Positions 1-9,347 of a stretch of 64,000 nucleotides of DNA are shown here, piece by piece. Origin of the DNA: Bigelowiella natans CCMP2755 (taxonomy: Eukaryota > Protista > Cercozoa); NCBI GenBank assembly GCA_000320545.1, contig ADNK01001958.1, positions 53,270 through 117,269 on the forward strand, written 5' to 3'. Each line of letters opens with the position of its first letter. The stretch's first letter is position 1. Below the pieces are notes generated by a model, which saw nothing but the letters and a program-made list of their open reading frames with translations, was not told the origin of the DNA and did not search any database. Both the position numbers and the translations under genes were made by a program.

Positions 1-582
1 CAACAGCCATCACAACCACAGGGTAAACCTAAATAGGTAGATGCTACACTGGAAGCTCTTCCTCGCATGAATTAGGTGTCTAGTACCTGTCCAGACTCCA
101 GCTTGTCCGTTATAACACCGTCATCCAAAGCGAAGGATAATTCGGAGGCTTTGCACGCCGTAACCTTTTGAATGTATTTAATCATACCTATACACTCTGT
201 CTTTCTACTTCTATCCCCTACCTCGATCGCTGTGGCAATGGATTTCATTGATCTTGACTGCACGTCGCACTCATTTGTCTTTGTCGAGCAAATACTTTCA
301 TCTGTCGTTGGCTGCTTGTGGTTGCTACTTGGGTCTTCCTTCTTCTTCGTCATCGTCGTCGTCTTTTCTTTCATCGTACTTTCCGTTGTTGCGCGCTTCT
401 GCGCTCGTTGCGACGACCGGATGAAACAAGGGAAAACAACTGTCTGTTTTCGGTAGTTTTTATGTCGTATATGCAAAACGGCCTGTAAATGATCCCAATT
501 TTCACAGTCTGACTATCTTCGAGTCTCCCGGAAGCGGCTCCAATGTTCTCGAGAAGGATCTGGATGATCGCAACAGCCGTAG

Positions 583-1047
583 GCCATTCAGAAGGTACGT
601 CTCATAAAAAATGATGTCGCATTGGATGACGACCGATGTGAATAGGAACAAACGCCGGTCGTTTTCCTTTGGAGACTAGTACATTCTTCTGTATTTTTAG
701 GAATAGTAACTTGGACCGTCACCATCACCATCACGGTTGATGAGGGAGATCTGACTAGATCACCTCCCCCACTTTCTACCCAGAAAACTTTGACTAAGAC
801 AAGAGAAACGAAAGAATGGATTAGACCCTTGTTCTGGGTCAAACATAAACACTTAGTTCATGTGTCTTTCCTTTGTACGAATGAAGTATTTCCACAACAC
901 CTCTCGTCTCGGGTCTATTTGTAAATCATGTGGTAGTACTTTCAATTAACACCTCACATTTCATTCAATTCGACTATTCGAAGATGGAGGATTTGTGGTC
1001 AACCTCTGTCAATTGAACATATCTGGTGATGGAACCTAATCCCCAGT
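583..1047. repeat. Degenerate duplicated segment, paralogous to 8340-8742 (583-685 inverted; ~750-947 and 1031-1047 direct)
   Basis: CCAGAAAACTTTGACTAAG...TACTTTCAATTAAC at ~779-950 matches ~8527-8725. The reverse complement of 583-622 matches ATGCGACATCATTTTTTATGAGACG..TTCTGAATGGC at 8411-8450. GAACCTAATCCCCAGT occurs at both loci. Confidence 0.8.
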
Positions 1048-1762
1048 GCATCGGTGACACACAAAAGCTGAATAGATACTGAGGCATTCCCTACAAAAGG
1101 GGCCTTTACTATTGCTGTCATTGACGTCATCCTGGACATTTCACAAGTTTCCTAAAGGATGTGTAGTACGCACTTGTTAATTTTTTTGTTTTTAATTTCA
1201 AAGTTGACAATCTGACATCTTTTGGACAAAGCACAGTTTGCCTGCCGCAGATCGATAGTCGAACAACAATGCACATCCCTATACATTCAACAAGGATGAC
1301 ACACGCAGTAGACTGTGCACGGAGATTCACTGTGCACGCTAAATTCAGCAGGCGGACGAAGGCAGGTCATATTGTGCATGCACGCACGCAGCAAAAAGCG
1401 AGCAGGACAAGTTGAACGACAACGGACATCCCTTCTTTCGCGCCTGCTGAATTCAGCGGGCACAGCGACTCTGCTTTGCAAAGCCTGCATGCGTATCCCA
1501 TGACACATTGTCAAATTTGGTTGTGCACACAATGACGCATGATGTGTGATGAATGAATGCGTTGCTGAGCATTTGATCAGATGCCAATAACGTTAGCTAC
1601 GTTGTGAAAATTCCATCATGAGATTTCTTCTGCACACCGCTCCTTTGCCAGCGATCTCATCGTCATCCAGACTCAAAAAGATGGCTTCATGAAAACACGC
1701 AAAACAAGAAAACTCATGTTCCATCTTTCAGTGCACTCTGATCATTTCAGGGCACAATGCAC

Positions 1763-2088
1763 TGTAGCGCGTACCACTACGCGGGCACAAGTCACGTGCG
1801 ACAACAAAGGGGTTGTCGCGGATATAGAATATAGATAACGTAGATATTAATACAGCATAGGCACGTGGGTTCCGGCGGGACTCATGGCAGCACACCGGAA
1901 GTGTGCTGCCCCACGTGCGGCGGCATTCGCGAAAGCTTCGCGAATGATTACGCAGTGCACGATTTAATAAAAATATAATCTTTAATAAAAATAAACACAA
2001 CTCTTCAAAAGGAAGCAAACGTGCCTTTCCCCCCCCCTGCCTACTTGTGCACGTAGCGCCTCGGCCTGTGAACACCTTACGCGCAACA
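1763..2088 (+). repeat. 5' LTR (326 bp)
   Basis: Starts TGTAGCGCGTA and ends TACGCGCAACA (10/11 terminal inverted repeat). No differences from the 3' LTR by eye. Two AATAAA within a duplicated TTTAATAAAAATA (1963, 1981). Confidence 0.97.
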
Positions 2089-2093
2089 ACCTT

Positions 2094-2112
2094 TGGCTTC
2101 CACACACGGGAA
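2094..2112 (+). promoter_or_regulatory. Primer-binding site (probably tRNA-Glu/Asp type)
   Basis: TGGCTTCCACACACGGGAA begins 5 nt after the LTR. TGG complements the tRNA CCA end and the rest resembles the complement of a tRNA-Glu 3' end. The tRNA identity is an inference. Confidence 0.6.
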
Positions 2113-2127
2113 ACGATTTGACTAACA

Positions 2128-5100
2128 ATGTCACAGCAGCTAGAAGAACAGCAGGACTTTGGCTCGCAGGCCGTGCAAGGGCACGAGCAGAAACAGGAAA
2201 GGAAGGGCGATACGGACGCTAAGGAAGGAGGAGGAACACCTCCACAGGCACCGCCGGGACCAGCACCCGGGATTAAGAAAGCAGATGCAGCAGCAGAGGC
2301 ACTGGAGAACTTCTACGAGGCGGACGACGAGGACGTGGCCGCCGAAAGCAAGAAGGTCGTAATGGCATTACGAGCCTTGCGACCCAGGGCGAGCAACTAC
2401 GCCAAACTGAAAGTATCGATAGAATACAAGTATCAGACACATGATGTTTGGGCAGCTATCATGCAGGACATCATGGATTACGAAGCAGACTTACCTCCAG
2501 AGTGGGCAGCTTTGTTTAGGAACGACGGGGGTCTGGGCGCCTCGCGGGGGACGACCCAGAGCACCGTCAAGCAGCAGCAGCCGGTACAGCGGAACACCCA
2601 GTTCATGTCTGTTAAAACAGCACCGGTTATGATAACGAAATACAACGGGAAAAGAGGTGAGGCAAGGAGGTGGTGGAAGAACGCTAGGAGTATACTCTGC
2701 GACTTTACCCCTAACCCCACCGAAAACGACAAGCTCAAATGGCTAGCTATAATAAAGCAAGCCATGGACCTTTACGAGACAGGCAGGACCCGGATCAGGC
2801 AGCTAGAGAAAATACACACTACAGTTAGTGGGCTACGAGACGTTGAGGCGATAATGAAGGCTTTTGTAAATGAACAGGATGCTAACTCCCTACCCCAGGC
2901 TATTAGAAAATACAGAGCAATGATGCAGCATGAGAGAGAACCTGTTAGAGACTTTGCCACGCGCTTCCAGGATATGATCGACGAACTACATGATTTTAAT
3001 TACAACACAGGTGATGATCAGGCAAGGTTTGAAGAGTTCAAGTTAAAGATAAAGGAATCCACTTACGTTACGGAGAAAGGCTACACCACGATGGAGGCAG
3101 CAGTGCAGGCTATATCCCTACGCGAGCAGGAGCAGGACCGCAAGTTTACCAGCCCTAAGGTACCTGGCATAGGAAACATTAACGCTATTAAGCCGCAGCG
3201 AGACTGGTACAAGGACAGGGAAGGTAACCGACGTTGCGGATACTGCTCACGTAAAGGGAAACACACCGCTAAAGACTGCAGAGACAGGAAAGAAGGACGA
3301 CCCAGGATGACGATCAGGCAGCTCAACGAACACTACGAGAAGTTAAAGAGAAAGAAAGGCAGAGGACAAGGATATAACAACAGCAAATGGCAAGGCAGCA
3401 ACAACGGGAAGAACAATAAATATAAGAACAAAAAGCAGAACAGTATCAATGCTATACAGCAGCAGATAAACGGAATATTAGATCACCTTAAGCAGGCGCC
3501 GACGAAGACAGCAGTACCAGCAACGCAGGACCAAGACAAGCCCATGACCCTAGACGACATAAAGAACTTAGGAGTATGCAACATTAATGACGAAGACGCT
3601 AACAGGACTATCAAAGTTGCTATGACCAAGGTTAAAGTTAAAGACAGCTACGGAGACTACAAGAAACTACCTGCCCTTTGGGATAGTGGCAGCATGCCGA
3701 AGTCCTTCATAAGCCTAAGCACAGTAAGAAGGTTAGGACTATTGGATCAAGTGACTAAGAAAGAACGTAAATATGCTCAAGCAGACGGAAGCTCTTCCAT
3801 GAAGACCGTCGGTGAGCTAATGCTAAAGCTACAGATACCTGGCAGCGACGCGGAGACCCAAATCAAGACCCGAGTAGCCATGACTTTATCCATGGAACTA
3901 CTCCTCGGACAGGATGCCCTAGAAAAATTAGGGGGGATCATATCATTCTACAATCACAAGATATACTTTGCTAAGTTGCCAAAGAAGTCAGGCAGGACCA
4001 TCAGCCAGAACATGATACGGCTTGACGAGTGGACCTCTGAGTCAAGCGTTAATGCGTTAGAGTTTATGGACCTAGCGGACAACAAGCTACCTACACCTAC
4101 CGAGCTACGGAAGAAGAACCCCGGCAAGACCATCCGACAGATAACGGAGCTACTGGACAAGACCCCCCCAGCTGATGATTGGGATATCGACAAAGGCAAA
4201 AAGTACATTAATAAAATATTAAACGAGAAGTACTCTGACATCACCAAGCCGACGACGAAGCCCTCCAGCAAGCTTACCCCAGTAAAGATCGAGCTAAAGA
4301 AGGGATACGAAGAGTGCATCATCAATGACCCAGAACATAGGCGACCGGAAGCGGACTGGGAAAAGATAGAGTGGCAGATCAATGAATGGGCAAAGGAAGG
4401 GAAGATAGAGCCAAGCAACTCACCATGGAACGTGAGACATGTGCTAGCTAAGATACCTACTTACCCTTTCTTCCGCCTGGCGCACAACTTCATCCGCCAC
4501 AACCGAGTAATAAAGAGGATCCAGACACCTACACCAAGGATAGATGACGTTATTGAACACGTCATAGGATACAAATACTACTCTTCCCTAGATAAAAATG
4601 AATCATACATGCAGACACCCATCCACAAAACCTCCCGCCCCATTACCGCGTTCTCCAGCAGGCACAGGAAGTGGCACTTCGTCGTATTCCCTTACGGCCT
4701 AAGCATATCAGGGGATGCGTTCAGTAGTCAGAACTACAGGGCATACACACATGATGGGATGGCGTCTGTGTTGTGGGTGTTTGTGTTTGTGTATGTGGAT
4801 GATGACATAATATGTACCAACACAGTCGTCGCTCAGATCTTCCTCCTGGAAAATATATTTATTAGGTTTGCACACTTCGGTTTTACTATTAGACTGCAGA
4901 AGTGTACATTCCTAGCTACAAGAATCAAGTGGTGTGGATATTACCTGGAGCAAGGCCGCATCACCCCAAACCCCGAGAAAGTAGCAGCACTACAGCAAGC
5001 CCCTAAACCTAAGAATGCAAAGGAGTTAAAGTCATTCTTGCAGACTGCAGCTTGGATACTACGTAGGTTCTCCCCTACCTACGCTAGGACTGCAGCTGCT

Positions 5101-7101
5101 TTTACTACTGCTTACCGGAAGGAGAACTCTGTAGGCCTCAGCTTCGCTAAGGTGTGGGCCAAGGCTGGCCTTGATGCCCACTTCGATAACCTAATAAAGT
5201 TATGCAGCAACACCCTATTGAATGCTAAGCTAGACACTACTAGACCAGCTACCCTATGGACAGACTGGTCTAAGCTAGGTATGGCTGCTGTACTTACCCA
5301 AGACCAGCAGATCATACGGGTGTGGGGCAGGGCCTGCACAGCAGCTGAGGCCAAGTACAGCCCTACAAAAGGAGAGTATAAAGCCATGACTGAGGCGCAG
5401 AGGAAACTAAGATACTACCTGCTGTCGGTGCCCAGCTTCACCTTAATGACTGACCACAAGCCCCTCCTAGGCATCGACCGCAAGCTCGAAGCGCCTAACG
5501 ATGAGTATGCAGCTATGAGGGCGGACACGGAAGAGTTTAGGGACAAGAGGACAGTGGTCTACGCACCAGGAGACAAGCAGCTTGCTGACTATTTCAGCAG
5601 GCTGTTCGAAAAGAAAGTCCCTACCCAGGTCACCCCTATGGTTAACGCGATTACCTTCGAGGACGGCGACTTCCTGCCTGAGCCAGAGGAGCTCCAGCAC
5701 CTTCAAGAACACCTGGATAAATACAAACACAAGCATGAGGTACTTAGTGATAGGATATATGTATACACTAATAATGTTAGGCGTACCTACGTGCCACGGC
5801 GGACCAGGGGAGCCCTTCTCTTTACCGCCCATGGACCTGCACACGTAGGAGAAAACCATATCACTGCTCTACTCTACCATTACTACTGGCCCTACAAGCT
5901 AAAAGAGATAAGGACATACCTGCGTGGCTGCAGGTGCTCCAGCTTGAAGGCGGCAGGCGTCGCCACCAAGGAGTCCAGCAAGAGCCGTGCATCTAAGAAA
6001 ATCAAAGCAAGGAACTTCTTAGATATCGTGCAAATTGATGTTTATAAGTACGATGGCTATCACTACCTTACCTTCGTTGATGTGGCCACTGGAAAGTGCT
6101 GGGTTAAAAAGATTATCAAGGTCAACGTTGCTAAGAAGAACAAAGGCTTATATAAGCAGAGGCTTACTAACTGCTACCGTACCTGGGAGTCTGAGCTCCA
6201 GGCTATCCCTGATGAAGTTAGCATAAACAAGATACCAAAGAAGTTACATGTGGATAATGAGACCTCTCTTCTACAGCTACCACACCCTAATATTGATGCC
6301 TCACCTGTATACTATGCCCAGTCCAACTCCAAGGTAGAGCGACTCCACCGCACCTTGGCCAACCTAAGCAGGATAAATAGCACCACACCAGACAAGATAC
6401 AAGGGTTAGTAAACGACACCTTCACGTCTGGGGGAGGTATCAAGGATAAGGAGAGGGAAGAAGGCGACGACAACGACGACGATACCGAGAGCGAAGACGA
6501 GAAGGTCCCGTACGATGGCCGAGTTCTAAAGGAAGGACAGTATGTTAGGGCCAAGGTAAATCTGAGATCGAGAAATAAACAAGACCCCTTCTGGGGTGGC
6601 GTTGCAAAGGTTACCGAGAGGAAGGGGAGGAAGCAGTACTACATCTATGATGGGAACAGGGTCACCTTGCGCCACATCAGTCACCTAAAGAATTATGATA
6701 TCGGTGAGAAGCTCCTAGAGGATGTTAAAGTAAACCCTACTGTGTGGGAGCGAGCAATGCCTTGTTTAGGACCCCGACCTAAGTTCGATGTGGAATATGG
6801 AAACAATAAGGTCAGGGTGAACGACGATTGGCGCATGAAGATTGTCTATCTAGGCTACCCTGGATTACGAAATATGGAGAGGGTAGCTATGAAAATAAAG
6901 GACGGAAAATATCAGCTACTCTACCTAGCTGTTCCCGACTTACCCTTTGAGCACTGGTATAAGGTCCTGGGGGACCTTGATGCAGAGGGCTGGTATGGAC
7001 ACGAACCTAAGGACGAAGGTGAGTTCTGGGTAAGCGACAAAGGAGATAAGGTTAGAGAGGAATCTATTACCTGGTGGTTGGTGAAGTTCCGAAAGCGATG
7101 A
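2128..7101 (+). CDS. Gag-Pol polyprotein, 1657 aa (zinc knuckle, aspartic protease, RT, RNase H, integrase, C-terminal MTase-like domain)
   Basis: CGYCSRKGKHTAKDC knuckle (3235-3279); LWDSGS protease (3682); LDKNESY and YVDD RT motifs (4792); TDWS/GE/TDHKPL/LADYFSR RNase H; HGPAH...CRC, IDV, VDNE and KVERLHRTL integrase motifs. No stop or frameshift. Confidence 0.96.
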   Translation: MSQQLEEQQDFGSQAVQGHEQKQERKGDTDAKEGGGTPPQAPPGPAPGIKKADAAAEALENFYEADDEDVAAESKKVVMALRALRPRASNYAKLKVSIEYKYQTHDVWAAIMQDIMDYEADLPPEWAALFRNDGGLGASRGTTQSTVKQQQPVQRNTQFMSVKTAPVMITKYNGKRGEARRWWKNARSILCDFTPNPTENDKLKWLAIIKQAMDLYETGRTRIRQLEKIHTTVSGLRDVEAIMKAFVNEQDANSLPQAIRKYRAMMQHEREPVRDFATRFQDMIDELHDFNYNTGDDQARFEEFKLKIKESTYVTEKGYTTMEAAVQAISLREQEQDRKFTSPKVPGIGNINAIKPQRDWYKDREGNRRCGYCSRKGKHTAKDCRDRKEGRPRMTIRQLNEHYEKLKRKKGRGQGYNNSKWQGSNNGKNNKYKNKKQNSINAIQQQINGILDHLKQAPTKTAVPATQDQDKPMTLDDIKNLGVCNINDEDANRTIKVAMTKVKVKDSYGDYKKLPALWDSGSMPKSFISLSTVRRLGLLDQVTKKERKYAQADGSSSMKTVGELMLKLQIPGSDAETQIKTRVAMTLSMELLLGQDALEKLGGIISFYNHKIYFAKLPKKSGRTISQNMIRLDEWTSESSVNALEFMDLADNKLPTPTELRKKNPGKTIRQITELLDKTPPADDWDIDKGKKYINKILNEKYSDITKPTTKPSSKLTPVKIELKKGYEECIINDPEHRRPEADWEKIEWQINEWAKEGKIEPSNSPWNVRHVLAKIPTYPFFRLAHNFIRHNRVIKRIQTPTPRIDDVIEHVIGYKYYSSLDKNESYMQTPIHKTSRPITAFSSRHRKWHFVVFPYGLSISGDAFSSQNYRAYTHDGMASVLWVFVFVYVDDDIICTNTVVAQIFLLENIFIRFAHFGFTIRLQKCTFLATRIKWCGYYLEQGRITPNPEKVAALQQAPKPKNAKELKSFLQTAAWILRRFSPTYARTAAAFTTAYRKENSVGLSFAKVWAKAGLDAHFDNLIKLCSNTLLNAKLDTTRPATLWTDWSKLGMAAVLTQDQQIIRVWGRACTAAEAKYSPTKGEYKAMTEAQRKLRYYLLSVPSFTLMTDHKPLLGIDRKLEAPNDEYAAMRADTEEFRDKRTVVYAPGDKQLADYFSRLFEKKVPTQVTPMVNAITFEDGDFLPEPEELQHLQEHLDKYKHKHEVLSDRIYVYTNNVRRTYVPRRTRGALLFTAHGPAHVGENHITALLYHYYWPYKLKEIRTYLRGCRCSSLKAAGVATKESSKSRASKKIKARNFLDIVQIDVYKYDGYHYLTFVDVATGKCWVKKIIKVNVAKKNKGLYKQRLTNCYRTWESELQAIPDEVSINKIPKKLHVDNETSLLQLPHPNIDASPVYYAQSNSKVERLHRTLANLSRINSTTPDKIQGLVNDTFTSGGGIKDKEREEGDDNDDDTESEDEKVPYDGRVLKEGQYVRAKVNLRSRNKQDPFWGGVAKVTERKGRKQYYIYDGNRVTLRHISHLKNYDIGEKLLEDVKVNPTVWERAMPCLGPRPKFDVEYGNNKVRVNDDWRMKIVYLGYPGLRNMERVAMKIKDGKYQLLYLAVPDLPFEHWYKVLGDLDAEGWYGHEPKDEGEFWVSDKGDKVREESITWWLVKFRKR

Positions 7102-7144
7102 AGGTCTAAGGGAATAAGGAAGGAAGGAAGGAGCAACGTGACTT

Positions 7145-7152
7145 GGGGGAGG
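7145..7152 (+). promoter_or_regulatory. Polypurine tract
   Basis: GGGGGAGG directly abuts the 3' LTR. A longer purine-rich stretch lies at ~7108-7133. Confidence 0.85.
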
Positions 7153-7478
7153 TGTAGCGCGTACCACTACGCGGGCACAAGTCACGTGCGACAACAAAGG
7201 GGTTGTCGCGGATATAGAATATAGATAACGTAGATATTAATACAGCATAGGCACGTGGGTTCCGGCGGGACTCATGGCAGCACACCGGAAGTGTGCTGCC
7301 CCACGTGCGGCGGCATTCGCGAAAGCTTCGCGAATGATTACGCAGTGCACGATTTAATAAAAATATAATCTTTAATAAAAATAAACACAACTCTTCAAAA
7401 GGAAGCAAACGTGCCTTTCCCCCCCCCTGCCTACTTGTGCACGTAGCGCCTCGGCCTGTGAACACCTTACGCGCAACA
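7153..7478 (+). repeat. 3' LTR (326 bp)
   Basis: Direct copy of 1763-2088, followed by the TSD GCAC. Confidence 0.97.
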
Positions 7479-7562
7479 GCACGTCGCATGCGCAACACGA
7501 ATGCTGGCCTGCGCTTGGCATGCATTGAAGACACAACAGCAGGAAAAAGTGCATGCAATCAA

Positions 7563-7656
7563 AGCACTGCAGCCGCCACATTGCACAGCTGCATTTGGAT
7601 GAGAATTGAAAAGATTTAATCAATTTATTCAATGAGTACATGTCCGTCTCGCATCT
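7563..7656 (+). repeat. Solo arm of the MITE-like family defined at 22527-22788 (TA-mutated copy)
   Basis: AGCACTGCAGCCGCCACATTGCACAGCTGCAT...ATTGAAA...TGTCCGTCTC aligns with the copies at 22707, 42813 and 48809. Confidence 0.7.
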
Positions 7657-7687
7657 TTCAGTTTCAAGTTCGGCATTCAAGGTTAAT

Positions 7688-8104
<417 letters not shown>

Positions 8105-8339
8105 TCAATGTTTACCTCCTCGGCTTTGGTTTCAATGAGTGAATGAATAAATGAAGAGATTCGTAATCGTGATGCAGGTCGTATGGGAAGATGAATTGTG
8201 TTCTTGTTCAAGGTGCACGAAGAAGAAGATAAAATCGCTTGCCGTTTCATCTAAAAAACTATGCCGTTTTATCTAACAAAATGCGTGCCGATATCCTTCT
8301 CGGGATAATCCTAAACCCATAAAATGTATATTTATGTAT

Positions 8340-8742
8340 GTATACAAGTCTCCAAAGAAAAATGGCCTGCATCTGCTCCAATATACCAACGCTGATGAGG
8401 GCATAGTCGTATGCGACATCATTTTTTATGAGACGCAGCTTCTGAATGGCAAGTTATCACACAAATCTCGAGAAATCCGAGGAGAGAACGAGTATCAGCT
8501 TACTCGATTACCTCCCACCCTCAACCCAGAAAACTTTGACTAAGCCAACAGAAACGAAAGAATGGATCAGACCCTTGTTCTGGGTCAAACATAAAAAATT
8601 AGTTCATGTGTCTTTCCTTTGTACGAATGAAGTATTCCGCCCGCTCTCTTACACCTCTCGGTACGTTAGGTACAGTAGCCGTCTCTGGTCTATTTGTAAA
8701 TCATGTGGTAGTACTTTCAATTAACAGAACCTAATCCCCAGT
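8340..8742. repeat. Second copy of the duplicated, pseudogene-like segment (paralogous to 583-1047)
   Basis: See 583-1047. Reading frames are interrupted and there are indels between copies. Confidence 0.75.
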
Positions 8743-8916
8743 ACTCAGTGTGGTGACTGCTTTCCGCTTTTCCATGCAATCGATTATCGGCTTATAATTT
8801 TAGGAAAAATTTCGAAGCCCTAAATGTGAAGAATTAGCACTCATAACACCTGAAAGAGTATACCTCTTTTCTCTTCTCGCATTCATGGTGATCTGGTAAC
8901 TCTTCTGAACAAAAGG

Positions 8917-9029
<113 letters not shown>

Positions 9030-9315
9030 GACGCCTGAATACTCAAAAACTAGGTATTTTTCATCTCCATCTAGTGGGATTGTTCATCTAATTCTGGCTG
9101 TAAAGCTTGTTATAGAATCATTGATGTGGGTTTGGGAGCCCCCTTTCAAGTGGTAGTAATTACGTGTAGAATCGCCAGCACTAGCAGTAAACAGAACAAT
9201 GGCTCGTTTTATATGTAGCAGCACAAGTTGATGATGTCGTCAAAGTCTTATAATTTTTTTAAATTACTGTACTTGGATAGATAAAATCGTAACCATCATC
9301 TTTATCATCACCATT

Positions 9316-9347
<32 letters not shown>

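Larger units (their letters stand above)
1763..7478 (+). mobile_element. Full-length Ty3/Gypsy-type LTR retrotransposon, apparently intact and recently inserted
   Basis: Two 326-bp direct repeats (TG...CA), 4-bp TSD GCAC (1759-1762 and 7479-7482), PBS, PPT, and a single ORF with domain order Gag-PR-RT-RH-IN (IN after RH indicates Ty3/Gypsy). Confidence 0.97.

Noticed and set aside
1861-1918. Hammerhead ribozyme in the LTR three-way junction (minus strand reads ATGAGTCCC..GGAAC)
   Set aside because: The CUGANGA and GAAA core nucleotides are not intact on either strand. Kept only as a generic structured RNA.
1728-2105. Antisense ORFs across the LTRs (also 7106-7558)
   Set aside because: Starts and stops lie outside the LTR and differ between copies, and there are no recognisable motifs.
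7101-7152. env-like gene or chromodomain in the retrotransposon
   Set aside because: Only ~50 bp separate the stop from the 3' LTR, and the C-terminal extension lacks chromodomain motifs.
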